From: a bacterium
GTDB taxonomy: Bacteria > Sysuimicrobiota > Sysuimicrobiia > Sysuimicrobiales > Humicultoraceae
Assembly (NCBI GenBank): GCA_036004665.1
Contig: DASYRG010000015.1
Span: 1,885 to 65,884, forward strand
DNA: 64,000 nucleotides
Direction: 5' to 3'
This document shows, in pieces, positions 1-9,647 of the stretch (position 1 is its first letter; each line of letters starts with the position of its first letter). Position numbers and translations under genes: made by a program. Under the pieces are notes generated by a model. It did not search any database. It worked only from the letters and a program-made list of their open reading frames with translations, and was not told the DNA's origin.

Positions 1-922
1 GGTCCTTGTCCATGGTCTCCTCGGCGGCGCGGCCTTCCGCCACAAGCAGATCCAGCTGTCCTAGGGTCTCGAAGACCGACAGGATCATGTTGAGCCTGTC
101 GGCCTGCGGGAACAGTTCCCCGGCCAGGTCGAACGCGGTCCGCGGGTGGTCCGTCAGCAGCGCCGCCACCTCGTCCTGGCGTTGCGCTTGATGGGCCAGC
201 ATCTCCCGGACGCGAGGGGCGGCGGGGCCAAACGGTGCCCCGTGGCCGGGGAAGATCTCGGCAGGATTCAGTTCCGCCAGGCGGCGCAGCGATGAGAGCA
301 GAAGCGGGAGGGTGGGGATGCGCCGACCGTCGGGTCCATATTCTACGATGGGATTGGGCGTGATCTCCTCCAAGAGGATATCGCCGGCGATGAGTGTGTC
401 GTTCCGGTGCAGGCAGATGTGCCCGGCGGAGTGGCCCGGGGTGTGGAGGATCTCCCACTCCACGCCGCCGGCCTCGATGCGCGCTCCCCCGGCGAGGGGG
501 CGAAACGAGGTCAGCGCGTCGGCCAGCCGGCGCATGGATTGGTAGGCCTCGACCACGGCGGGAACCAGCGCCTCAGGCACCCCGTGCCGCCAGAGGAGCG
601 CGGGGAGGAGGTCGGTGATGGCGCGGACGCCGGAGAACTTCGTCTCGTCGTCGGGATGGGCGAACACCTCCGCGCCGGTCTCGGCGGCGAGGGCGGCCGC
701 TCCGCCGAAGTGGTCCAGGTGGCCATGCGTGAGGACGATCCGGCTGATCGAGGCCAGGGGAACGCCGCTCTCGGCGATGCCCTTCCGCAGGGCCTCTGCC
801 GACTCCCCGGTCTTGGGTCCGGCGTCGATCAGGGTCACCGGAGGATCGGGCAGGAGGTACGCGTTGACCGCCCCAACGCGGAATGGGGTGGGAAGGCTGA
901 TGCGGACGATGCGAGGGATCAC
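1..922 (-). CDS. MBL-fold metallo-hydrolase; the 3' end runs off the window start
   Basis: My translation of the minus strand from the GTG at 922-920 reads VIPRIVRISLPTPFRVGAVNAYLL...LTHGHLDHFGG (HxHxDH zinc motif)...EILHTPGHSAGHICL. It is absent from the ORF track because no stop codon lies inside the window. Confidence 0.8.
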   Translation of the reverse strand, partial: MIPRIVRISLPTPFRVGAVNAYLLPDPPVTLIDAGPKTGESAEALRKGIAESGVPLASISRIVLTHGHLDHFGGAAALAAETGAEVFAHPDDETKFSGVRAITDLLPALLWRHGVPEALVPAVVEAYQSMRRLADALTSFRPLAGGARIEAGGVEWEILHTPGHSAGHICLHRNDTLIAGDILLEEITPNPIVEYGPDGRRIPTLPLLLSSLRRLAELNPAEIFPGHGAPFGPAAPRVREMLAHQAQRQDEVAALLTDHPRTAFDLAGELFPQADRLNMILSVFETLGQLDLLVAEGRAAEETMDKD

Positions 923-1000
923 GAGGAGGAGGGCGCTGGCACGGGGGAGGGAGTTCTGCGACGGGAGGAAGGTCCCTTCGGCACGCCCAACTCAGGTCAC

Positions 1001-2824
1001 ATGGTGCTGACCCAGGCGCCGCCCGCGACGGCCACCACCGTCCCCGGCGCCTTCTTCGCCATGGCCGCCCGCCAGGCCGAGCGCATCGCCCTCCGGCGCA
1101 AAAATCTTGGATTGTGGCAGCCCGTCACCTGGGGCGCCTTTGCCGAGGCTGTCCGGCTCGTGGCGTACGGGCTGATGGCGCTCGGACTCGAACCCGGCGA
1201 GCGCGTCGGCCTAGTGGGAGAGAACCGCCCGGAGTGGTTATACAGCGACCTCGGCATTCAGAGCGCCGGAGGCTGGACGACGGGCATCTACACGACGAGC
1301 AGCCCCGAGCAGGTCGCTTACATCCTCGACCACGCCGAGTGCCGGTTCTTCATCGTCGAAGGCGAGGAGCAGCTGGACAAGGCCCTGGAGGTGCGCGGCC
1401 GGCTGCCGGCGCTGGAGCGGATCATCGTCATGGACCCCGAGGGGCTGCGGACCTTCCACGATCCGCAGGTGCTGATGTGGGACGAATTCCTCAACTTGGC
1501 GCGGGCGCAGCGGGCGGCACATCCCAACGCGCTAGACGATCGGCTGTCGCGGATCGGACCCGACGACGTGGCGCTGCTCATCTATACCTCCGGTACGACC
1601 GGGCCCCCGAAGGGCGCCATGCTCACCCACGGCAACATCCTCTGGACATCCGAGGCGTTGGGCGCGGCGCTAGAGCATCGGATGGAGGACGAGGTGCTTT
1701 CATACCTGCCCCTCTCTCACATCGCTGAACGTCTGGTCTCGCTGTTGGTGCGCAACCGATACGGGTATACGGCGAACTTCGTGGAGAACGTCGATACCGT
1801 CCTGGACAACCTGCGCGAGGTGGCGCCCACGATCCTCTTCGCCGTGCCGCGGATCTGGGAGAAGCTCCATTCCGGCGTGGACCTGCACATGCGCGAGGTC
1901 GATCCCTTCAAGCGTCTCGCCTACCGGGCCGCGGTGGCCATCGGACGACGGGCTGCTCCTTACCGCCAGCGGGGGCGGCGGATGCCGGCGGGCCTCACCC
2001 TACTGTATCGTGTCGCTGATGCCGGCGTACTCCTCCCGCTGCGGCGGCGGTTGGGACTGCACCGTCTCCGTTGGGCGCTCTCCGGCGGCGCGCCGATCGC
2101 CCCCGACATGCTCTCCTATTTCTGGTCCCTGGGCGTGACCATTCTCCAGATCTACGGGCAGACGGAAGGCAGCGGACCAACCACGACGCATCGCGTGGGC
2201 GACGTTCGGCCCGAGACGGTGGGCCCGCCGCTGCCGGGGGTGGAGGTGCGGCTGGCTCCCGACGGCGAGATCCTGGTGCGCGGCGGCAACGTCTTTGCCG
2301 GGTATTTCAAGGATCCCGTCACCACCGCCGCCACCGTGCGGGACGGCTGGCTCTACTCCGGGGACGTGGGGGCCTTCGACCCAGACGGCCACCTGCGCAT
2401 CACCGACCGGAAGAAGGACCTCTTCATCACCGCCGGCGGAAAGAACATCGCCCCGCAGTTCATCGAGAACAAGCTGAAGTTCTCCCCCTACGTCAACGAC
2501 GCCGTGGTCATCGGGGACGGCCGCCGCTACCTCGTCGCCCTCGTCGTCATCGACGAGGAGAACGTGACGAAGTGGGCGCAGGACCGCCGCCTCCCCTTCA
2601 CCACCTACACGGACCTCTCCCGGCACCAAGAGGTGCGCGACCTGATCTGGCGCGAGGTGGAGGCGGTCAACCGCACCCTCTCCGGCCCCGAGCAGGTGAA
2701 GAAGTTCGCCATCCTGCCCAAGCGACTGTATGCGGAAGACGGCGAGGTCACCCCGACGATGAAAGTGAAACGCGCCGAAATGATGACGAAGTACGCAGAC
2801 CTTGTTGAGCAAATGTACGCGTGA
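1001..2824 (+). CDS. Long-chain fatty-acid--CoA ligase (AMP-forming acyl-CoA synthetase)
   Basis: In-frame ATG at 1001 inside track ORF 407..2824. The upstream part of that ORF is Gly/Arg-rich shadow opposite the MBL gene. AMP-binding motifs are present: LIYTSGTTGPPKGAMLTH, YGQTE, GDVG..DGHLRITDRKKD. Confidence 0.9.
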   Translation: MVLTQAPPATATTVPGAFFAMAARQAERIALRRKNLGLWQPVTWGAFAEAVRLVAYGLMALGLEPGERVGLVGENRPEWLYSDLGIQSAGGWTTGIYTTSSPEQVAYILDHAECRFFIVEGEEQLDKALEVRGRLPALERIIVMDPEGLRTFHDPQVLMWDEFLNLARAQRAAHPNALDDRLSRIGPDDVALLIYTSGTTGPPKGAMLTHGNILWTSEALGAALEHRMEDEVLSYLPLSHIAERLVSLLVRNRYGYTANFVENVDTVLDNLREVAPTILFAVPRIWEKLHSGVDLHMREVDPFKRLAYRAAVAIGRRAAPYRQRGRRMPAGLTLLYRVADAGVLLPLRRRLGLHRLRWALSGGAPIAPDMLSYFWSLGVTILQIYGQTEGSGPTTTHRVGDVRPETVGPPLPGVEVRLAPDGEILVRGGNVFAGYFKDPVTTAATVRDGWLYSGDVGAFDPDGHLRITDRKKDLFITAGGKNIAPQFIENKLKFSPYVNDAVVIGDGRRYLVALVVIDEENVTKWAQDRRLPFTTYTDLSRHQEVRDLIWREVEAVNRTLSGPEQVKKFAILPKRLYAEDGEVTPTMKVKRAEMMTKYADLVEQMYA

Positions 2825-2837
2825 GGGTCTGCCTGGC

Positions 2838-3641
2838 TTAGGACCACCGCCGGCGTAGTTTGTAGCGGCGGAACCCCTTTACCGTCGGCTCGCGGCTGAT
2901 CCCCAGGTAGAGTTCCTGCACGTGCGGGTTCTCGCGGAGGCGCGCGGCGTCCCCCTCAAGCACGATGCGCCCACCCTCCAACACGTAGCCGCGGTCGGCA
3001 AGCTCCAGGGCCATGCGGGCATTCTGCTCCACCAGGAGGATGGCCGTGCCGGCGGCGTGGATCTCCCGAATCACCCGGAAGATCTCCCGCACCACCAGCG
3101 GGGCCAGACCGAGCGACGGCTCGTCTAGCATCAGTAGCCGTGGGCGCATCAGTAGAGCCCGGCCGATCGCCAGCATCTGCTGCTCGCCGCCTGAGAGCGT
3201 CCCCGCCTGCTGCCGGGTGCGGTCGGCCAGGACCGGGAAGAGGGCGCGCACCCGGTCCAGGTCGCGCCGTATCTCGCCGTCGCGGCGGGTGTACCCTCCC
3301 AGGGCGAGGTTCTCCTCCACCGTGAGTTCAGGAAAGATGCCACGCCCCTCGGGGATGTAGGCCACGCCCAGGCGGGCCACGTTGTCGGGGTCCCATCCGT
3401 TGACGCGGCGGCCCATCACCTCGACGGTGCCCTTCTCCGGCTGGTCAAGGATGTACCCCATCACCGTGCGCAGCAGCGTGGTCTTGCCTGCCCCGTTGCT
3501 GCCGAGGACCGCGACGATCTGCCCCTCCCCCACCATCAGCGAGACGCCGTGCAGCACCGTCAACCGGCCGTAGTAGGCGGTCTCCACGTTGGAGACGGTG
3601 AGGAGGGCGGCGTCCCGTGGAGGGCCTGGCGCGCTCATCAT
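2838..3641 (-). CDS. livF: Branched-chain amino-acid ABC transporter ATP-binding protein (LivF type)
   Basis: Walker A GSNGAGKTTLL, signature LSGGEQQML, Walker B LLMLDEPSLGLAP. It is the last gene of the liv-like operon. Confidence 0.9.
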   Translation of the reverse strand: MMSAPGPPRDAALLTVSNVETAYYGRLTVLHGVSLMVGEGQIVAVLGSNGAGKTTLLRTVMGYILDQPEKGTVEVMGRRVNGWDPDNVARLGVAYIPEGRGIFPELTVEENLALGGYTRRDGEIRRDLDRVRALFPVLADRTRQQAGTLSGGEQQMLAIGRALLMRPRLLMLDEPSLGLAPLVVREIFRVIREIHAAGTAILLVEQNARMALELADRGYVLEGGRIVLEGDAARLRENPHVQELYLGISREPTVKGFRRYKLRRRWS

Positions 3642-4420
3642 GCCGGAACGGTCTCCCCGAGATAGGCCTGGATGACCAGGGGGTCCCGCTGCACCTCGGC
3701 AGGAGGTCCCTCCGCGATCTTGAGGCCGTGGTCGAGGACGGTCACCCGCTCGGAGAGGTCCATCACCAGACGCAGGTCATGCTCGACCACCACCGCGGCG
3801 ATGCCCCATTGCGCCTGAATGTCCCGGATGCGGAAGACCAGATCGGCCTTCTCCTCTCCGGTCATCCCGCTGCTCGGTTCGTCCAGCAGCAACAGCGCCG
3901 GCTCCACGGCCAGCGCGCGGGCGATCTCGACCATGCGCTGCGGCCCCAGGGGCAGGTCGCCGACTCGGCGCTCCCGGGCGCTCTGCAGGTCGAGGAAATC
4001 CAGGATCTCCTCGGCCCGCCGGCGGTGTCGCACCTCTTCGCGGCGCCAGCCCCAGCCCCCGGTGACCGCGCTGAGCAAGCCGGCCCGGAAGTGGCGGTGG
4101 CGGCCCAGCATCACGTTGTCCAACACGGTACTGGTGCGGAACAGCTCGACGTTCTGGAAGGTGCGGGCGATGCCGCGGCGGGCGATCGCGTCGGGCCGCA
4201 GCCCGCGCAGCGAGTCCCCTCGGAAGCGGATCCTCCCGGCGTCGGGCCGGTAGAGGCCGCAGATGCAGTTGAAGAGAGTGGTCTTGCCCGCCCCGTTGGG
4301 ACCGATCAGGGAGACGAGCGAACGGGGGCCGACCGTAAAGTCGACCCCCACCAGCGCCTGCACCCCGCCGAACGCGATCGAGAGATCGGTGACTTCCAGG
4401 AGCGCGTCCGGGTCGGCCAC
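3638..4420 (-). CDS. livG: Branched-chain amino-acid ABC transporter ATP-binding protein (LivG type)
   Basis: Walker A GPNGAGKTTLFN and Walker B LLLLDEPSSGM. There is a 4-nt overlap with livF. Confidence 0.9.
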   Translation of the reverse strand: MADPDALLEVTDLSIAFGGVQALVGVDFTVGPRSLVSLIGPNGAGKTTLFNCICGLYRPDAGRIRFRGDSLRGLRPDAIARRGIARTFQNVELFRTSTVLDNVMLGRHRHFRAGLLSAVTGGWGWRREEVRHRRRAEEILDFLDLQSARERRVGDLPLGPQRMVEIARALAVEPALLLLDEPSSGMTGEEKADLVFRIRDIQAQWGIAAVVVEHDLRLVMDLSERVTVLDHGLKIAEGPPAEVQRDPLVIQAYLGETVPA

Positions 4421-4424
4421 CGCG

Positions 4425-5615
4425 TCAGAAAGAGGTTGGGTAACTGATCCAGTCGGTGACCTTCACGTATTGCCCTCCCTGGGCCTTCACGATGAAAATC
4501 CGGTTCAACCCCTGGTGCCTGTCTTTCCCAAAGGTCACGGAGCGCGCGACGGCGCCGTCCCAGTTGCGGATACTTTCCATCGCCTCGACGACGCGATCCT
4601 TGGTGGGATTGGGCCCGACCCTGCGCAGCGCCTCGACCAGCGGCTCGATGAACGAGACTCCGGCCAGGGCATTGTATGGGGTCACGCGCAGGCCCGGGTT
4701 GAGGCGAACGAGATTGGCTAGCGTCTCATCGAGCTTTGGGTCCGTGCCAGGCACTGGGAAGTACGCCCCAGCGTAGATGTCGTTCCAGGCTTCCCCGGCC
4801 AGCCGGAACATGATCGGGTCGCCGAGGGTAAAGGTCGACAGCAATTGCGGCCGCCATCCCAGCTTGGCCATCTCCCGCACGATCAGCGCGCCCTGGTTCG
4901 GTGTGGCGGCGATGAAGACGGTGTCTGCTCCCGATGCGCGCAGTTTCACTGCCTGGGCGCTCACGTCCGCGTCCGTGACCTCGTAGGAGGCCTGCCCGAC
5001 GAACTTGACCCCCTTGACCGCGGCGACGCCGTATTTGACGCCGCGCAGCAGCCCCAGCCCGTACTCGTCGTTTTGGTAGAAGACGGCGATCTGCTTGGTC
5101 CCCAGCTTCTCCGCCGCGTATTGGGTGAGGATGCGCCCCTCGTTGAGGTAGGAGGGGTACGTGACGAAGAGGTACTTCTTCTGTTCCGGCCGCAGCCCCG
5201 CCCAGATGTCGTTGGTCGTTGGGGTAATCCACAGCACTTTGCTCTCCAGGATGTACCCGCGCGACGCGAACGCGTTGGCCGTGCCGATCATGCCCACGAT
5301 CGCAAAGACATTGTGCCGCTCCACCAGGTCGCGCACGTTCACGGCGGCGCGCGCAGGGAGGTAGGAGTCATCCAGCAGCACGGTGCGGAACTTCCGCCCG
5401 TGGATGCCGCCGGCGTCGTTGATGGACTTGAGGTAGGTGTCGATCCCCCCGCCCACCCCCAATCCCCAGTAGGCGGCGGGTCCGGAGAGCGGCACCGTGC
5501 TGCCGATGATGATCTCGGTGGGCGTGATGCCCCGCTCCTGCGCCACCCCCAGGCGGGCGGGGAATAGCAGCGCCGTCAGGACGAGCGCCAGTCCCAGGAT
5601 TCGCAGGTACCTCAT
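4425..5615 (-). CDS. ABC transporter periplasmic substrate-binding protein (LivJ/K-like, branched-chain amino acids)
   Basis: N-terminal signal peptide MRYLRILGLALVLTALLFPARLGVAQ. The length of about 396 aa and the position between the permeases and ATPases of the liv-type operon fit this call. Confidence 0.85.
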   Translation of the reverse strand: MRYLRILGLALVLTALLFPARLGVAQERGITPTEIIIGSTVPLSGPAAYWGLGVGGGIDTYLKSINDAGGIHGRKFRTVLLDDSYLPARAAVNVRDLVERHNVFAIVGMIGTANAFASRGYILESKVLWITPTTNDIWAGLRPEQKKYLFVTYPSYLNEGRILTQYAAEKLGTKQIAVFYQNDEYGLGLLRGVKYGVAAVKGVKFVGQASYEVTDADVSAQAVKLRASGADTVFIAATPNQGALIVREMAKLGWRPQLLSTFTLGDPIMFRLAGEAWNDIYAGAYFPVPGTDPKLDETLANLVRLNPGLRVTPYNALAGVSFIEPLVEALRRVGPNPTKDRVVEAMESIRNWDGAVARSVTFGKDRHQGLNRIFIVKAQGGQYVKVTDWISYPTSF

Positions 5616-5738
5616 TGTGGCCTCTCCCCCTCTTTTGCTGAGCGGTCGTCGACTTTCTTCGGCGTCCCCGCTCCTGACCCTACTTCAAAGGCCGTTATGC
5701 CACTCTTCATCGTCGAGCCGTGGTGTTCCATCCTGCCA

Positions 5739-6617
5739 TCAAACCCGGCGGTGGAACTCACGGCCCAGGAGCCCTTCCGGCCGCACCATCAACGTCAGGA
5801 TGATGATGACGAAGGCGAGCGTCGTTTTGAACTTGACCGAGACGTACCCGGCGAAGAGACTCTCCGCTAGGCCCAGCAGCCATCCCCCGAGAACGGCGCC
5901 GGGCATGCTGTCCATCCCACCGAGCACGGCCGCGGCAAAGCCCTTCAGGAAGGGATCGAGCATCATGAAGGGTGTCAGCAGCGTCACCGGGGCGGTGAGG
6001 ATCCCCGCGGCCGCTCCCAGCGCTCCAGCCAGCCCCCAGGTCAGGGCGAAGATGCGCCGCGCGGGGATCCCCAGCGCCTGCGCGGCGACCAGGTCTTGCG
6101 AGACCGCGCGCATCGCCAGGCCCACCCGCGTCCGCTGCACGAGCAGGTACAACGACGCCATCAGCGCCAGGCCGGCCGCCGATAGCCCCAGCCGGAGGTG
6201 GCTGACGAAGACCCCGCCCGGGCGGTAGCCGCGCAGCTCAGAGAGCGGAAAGGGAAACACCTTGGTGTCCGCGCCCCAGATCAGGGTGACCGCTCCCGAG
6301 AGGGCCAGAGCCAGCCCGAGGGTGACGACGATCCGCCCGAGCAGGGTGGCCTCTTTCACCGGCCGGAGGACGATGAAGTAGAAGAGCGCCCCGGCGGCGG
6401 CGGTGGCCACCAGGCTGACCGCGACCGACGGCACGAAGGGCCAGCCCAGTTGCACGAGCATGGTGTACGCGATGAAGGCGCCGAGGGCGGCCAGATCCCC
6501 GTGCGCGAAGTTCAGGACGCGCGAGGACCGGTAGAGCAGCACGATGCCGAGGGCGACCAGGCCGTAGAGGGTGCCGGTGGCCAAGCCGCCGACGAGGAAC
6601 TGCGCGAAGTCAACCAC
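5739..6617 (-). CDS. livH: Branched-chain amino-acid ABC transporter permease (LivH type)
   Basis: Only the C-terminal 292 codons of track ORF 5739..7613 look real: VVDFAQFLVGGLATGTLYGLVALGIVLLYRSSRVLNFAHGD... They start at the GTG at 6617. The remainder is shadow of livM in another frame. Confidence 0.85.
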   Translation of the reverse strand: MVDFAQFLVGGLATGTLYGLVALGIVLLYRSSRVLNFAHGDLAALGAFIAYTMLVQLGWPFVPSVAVSLVATAAAGALFYFIVLRPVKEATLLGRIVVTLGLALALSGAVTLIWGADTKVFPFPLSELRGYRPGGVFVSHLRLGLSAAGLALMASLYLLVQRTRVGLAMRAVSQDLVAAQALGIPARRIFALTWGLAGALGAAAGILTAPVTLLTPFMMLDPFLKGFAAAVLGGMDSMPGAVLGGWLLGLAESLFAGYVSVKFKTTLAFVIIILTLMVRPEGLLGREFHRRV

Positions 6618-6622
6618 TGGGG

Positions 6623-7606
6623 TCAGAGCGGCCACGTCTTGAAATAGCGGCGAATCCGCTGCCAGCGGCCGTAGAGTCCGCGCGGTTCGATCACCATGAT
6701 CAGGATAATCGCCACCCCAAAGATGACCGGCAGCCACTCGCGGAACCCGCTGAGGAATCCCGGCAGCATGGTGAGCACCGCCGCCCCCAGCACGGCGCCG
6801 GGAACGCTGCCGAGGCCGCCGAGGACGATCATGCTGAAGTAGTAGATGGATTGGATGAGGTCGAAGGACTGCGGCTCCAGGTGGCGCAGCGCCTGCGCGA
6901 ACAACGCTCCGGCGATGCCTGCGTAGAAGGCCGAGACCGCGAAGGCCAGCACTTTGTACCGGGTCAGGTTGACCCCCATGACCTCCGCGGCGATGTCGCT
7001 GTCCCGCAAGGCGACGAAGGCGCGGCCGACGTGCGAACGGGCGAGGTTCGCCGCCGCCCAGGTCAGCACCGCGGCGATCGTGACGGCGAGGTAGTAGAGG
7101 CGCTGGTCCCCGGTGAGCGCCGCCGGGCCGACGCTCACGCGTGGCACTTCCAGCCCCATCCGGCCGCCCGACAGCCCCTCCCAGTTGGTCAGTACCTGGT
7201 GGACGGCGATGCCGAAACCGAGGGTGGCGATGGTGAGATAGGGGCCGGTCAGGCGCAGGGCCGGCACACCGATCAGCACGCCGAAGCCCGCGGCGATCAG
7301 CCCGGCTGCGGGCCAGGCCAGCCACCAGGGCACGCCGACCCGCGCCGCCAGGAGCGTGGCCGCATAGGCGCCGATGCCGACGAACCCGGCGTGCCCGAGG
7401 GAGATCTGGCCGGTCAGACCCGTCAACACGTTGAGGCCCACCGCGACGATGGCGTTGACCGCCACCAGGATGGCCGGAAAGAGCAGGTAGCGCGGGGAGT
7501 AGAAGGGGAAGAACGCCAGGGCGGCCAGCAGCGCTGCGGTGGCCAGCCAGGCCGCCGCGCCGCGCACCAGGAAGAGATCCTCCTCGTACCGCTGCCGGAG
7601 CTCCAT
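6623..7606 (-). CDS. livM: Branched-chain amino-acid ABC transporter permease (LivM type)
   Basis: Multi-TM protein with LNVLTGLTGQISLGHAGFVGIGAY. I chose the internal ATG at 7606 (MELRQRYEEDLF), so the start is uncertain. Confidence 0.85.
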   Translation of the reverse strand: MELRQRYEEDLFLVRGAAAWLATAALLAALAFFPFYSPRYLLFPAILVAVNAIVAVGLNVLTGLTGQISLGHAGFVGIGAYAATLLAARVGVPWWLAWPAAGLIAAGFGVLIGVPALRLTGPYLTIATLGFGIAVHQVLTNWEGLSGGRMGLEVPRVSVGPAALTGDQRLYYLAVTIAAVLTWAAANLARSHVGRAFVALRDSDIAAEVMGVNLTRYKVLAFAVSAFYAGIAGALFAQALRHLEPQSFDLIQSIYYFSMIVLGGLGSVPGAVLGAAVLTMLPGFLSGFREWLPVIFGVAIILIMVIEPRGLYGRWQRIRRYFKTWPL

Positions 7607-7721
7607 CCCGCACGAGGGCGGTTCGGGGATCGTGATGCGTTTCCCTCGTGTGTTATAGTTTTCTCGAATGGGCCTCTGCGGCCTCACGGCCCAGAGGTCT
7701 CGTTATCTCAGCGGGAGACCA

Positions 7722-9620
7722 ATGGCAAAGGGATCTGCGGTGAGCAGCAGGCAGCTGAAGATTCTCGTCGGCGGCGTGCAGCTGCGGGACGGCGTCGGCA
7801 CCGTCGTCGATCTGGTCGGGCGTATCTTGACGCGCGCCGGGCTCCACGTGCTGGCCAACGAACGCAACTACGCGTCGACGATCTACGGCGCGCACCAGTT
7901 CGATCCGCTCGTCGTCGCCGCCGAGCCCCCCGTCTCTCACGGCGACAACGTCAGCGACGTCCTGGTCGCGCTGGAGTACGACGCCAACCCCGACGTGCCG
8001 GCGCAGCCCAACCGCGACACGATCATCCGGCACGGACAGTATCTCGCCGACGGCGGCGTCCTACTCTACGACTCCTCCACCGGCACGGTCTCCACGGACG
8101 ACTTCGAAGGGCGCGGCGTGAAAGTCTTCCCGCTCCCCGCGCGCCAAATCGCGCTGCGGGAGCTGAAGAAAGAGATCGTCAAGAACATGGTCGTCAGCGG
8201 CGCCCTCTTCCGCCTCCTCGAGTTCGACATGGACCTGGCCTACCTGACCGCCTATCTCGAGGAGCGGTTCCTGCGCAAGGGCCGCGAACTGGTCGATCTC
8301 AACCTCACCGCCGCGCGCCGGGGCCGCGAGGCGATCGAGGAGGTCTTGAAGGAACGCGGCTGGGAGGGCGTCGGCGTCAGGCTCGAGCCGAATCCTCCCA
8401 AGGAGAAGATGCTCTGGATGATGGGGACCGAGGCGCTCGGCATGGGCGCCATCCAGGCGGGCTGCCGGTTCTACGCGGGATACCCGATCACCCCGGCTTC
8501 GCCCCTGCTGGAGTTCATGGACCGGTACCTGCCGCAGTATGGGGGCCGCTCGCTGCAGGGACAGAACGAACGAGAATCGATCCGGGCCGCCCTCGGCGCC
8601 TCCATGGCCGGCGCGCGCGTCATGGTGGCCTCCTCCGGTCCAGGCATTTCGCTAAAAGTGGAGGAGTTCGGGCTGGCCGGCACAGCGGAGATCCCCATTG
8701 TCGTAGTGGACAGCATGCGCGCCGGACCGTCCACCGGCATGCCCACCAAGACCGAGCAGGCCGATCTGCGCATGATCCTGAGCGCGGGCCACGGCGATTT
8801 CCCCCGCATCGTTCTGGCGCCCTCCACGCTGGAGGAGTGCTACACGATGGCGTTGGAGGCGTTTCATCTCGCGGACAAGTACCAGTGCCCGATCTTCTTC
8901 CTCACCGACCTGACGCTGGCCGAGGTGCGCAAGACTGTCCCCGAGCGTTTCTTCACCGAACGCACGGTCACCGTGCAGCGCGAGGGTATCCTCAGCGAAG
9001 AGGAGCTGCGGCGCGACGGGTTCAAGCGCTACAGGATCACCGACTCGGGGATCTCCTCCCGCAGCCTCCCCGGCACGCCCGGCGGCATTTTCAAAGTCAG
9101 CGGGACCGAGCACGACGAGTTCGGCTTCGTCACGACCGAACCGCCGCGGCGCAAGGCGATGATGGAAAAGCGCATGCGCAAGCTCGAGACCTACTTGCGC
9201 GAAGACGCCCAGGGTCCGCAGGTGTACGGCGATCCTACCGGGATGCCGGTTCTGGTGGGCTGGGGATCCACGAAACCGGTGCTGCTGAGCGCGCGGACCG
9301 CGCTCGCCGCGGAGGGGATCGAGGCGGCCGTCGTCCACATCACGCACCTCTGGCCCTTCCCCATCGACCTGATCAAACCCGTGCTGGAACGCGCCTCCGC
9401 ACTGATCGTCTGCGAGCAGAACTTCACCGGGCAGCTGGCCGACCTGCTCCAGGAGCAGTGCCTGTTGCCCACGCGCCGTATCCTCAAGTACAACGGGAGG
9501 GTCTTCTACGTCTCGGACATCATCCACGGCGTGCGCGAGATCCTGCTCAACGACGCGACCGCATTCCGCGTCGGCGAGCCCGAGCACGCGGCAGCCGTAG
9601 AGGCCCACGAAGGCGACTAA
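7722..9620 (+). CDS. korA: 2-oxoacid:ferredoxin (acceptor) oxidoreductase, fused gamma/alpha subunit
   Basis: ATG at 7722 preceded by GGGAG. The N-terminal gamma-like domain is followed by an alpha domain (GTEALGMGAIQAGCRFYAGYPITPAS). It sits next to the TPP-binding beta subunit. Confidence 0.85.
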   Translation: MAKGSAVSSRQLKILVGGVQLRDGVGTVVDLVGRILTRAGLHVLANERNYASTIYGAHQFDPLVVAAEPPVSHGDNVSDVLVALEYDANPDVPAQPNRDTIIRHGQYLADGGVLLYDSSTGTVSTDDFEGRGVKVFPLPARQIALRELKKEIVKNMVVSGALFRLLEFDMDLAYLTAYLEERFLRKGRELVDLNLTAARRGREAIEEVLKERGWEGVGVRLEPNPPKEKMLWMMGTEALGMGAIQAGCRFYAGYPITPASPLLEFMDRYLPQYGGRSLQGQNERESIRAALGASMAGARVMVASSGPGISLKVEEFGLAGTAEIPIVVVDSMRAGPSTGMPTKTEQADLRMILSAGHGDFPRIVLAPSTLEECYTMALEAFHLADKYQCPIFFLTDLTLAEVRKTVPERFFTERTVTVQREGILSEEELRRDGFKRYRITDSGISSRSLPGTPGGIFKVSGTEHDEFGFVTTEPPRRKAMMEKRMRKLETYLREDAQGPQVYGDPTGMPVLVGWGSTKPVLLSARTALAAEGIEAAVVHITHLWPFPIDLIKPVLERASALIVCEQNFTGQLADLLQEQCLLPTRRILKYNGRVFYVSDIIHGVREILLNDATAFRVGEPEHAAAVEAHEGD

Positions 9621-9647
9621 AAGAGGCTCACGAAGGAGACGAATGGC

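Noticed and set aside
5739-7613. A single 624-aa ORF spanning livH and part of livM.
   Set aside because: The N-terminal 330 aa are Arg/Gly/Pro-rich shadow of livM in another frame. The LivH-like sequence begins at the GTG at 6617, right after the livM stop.
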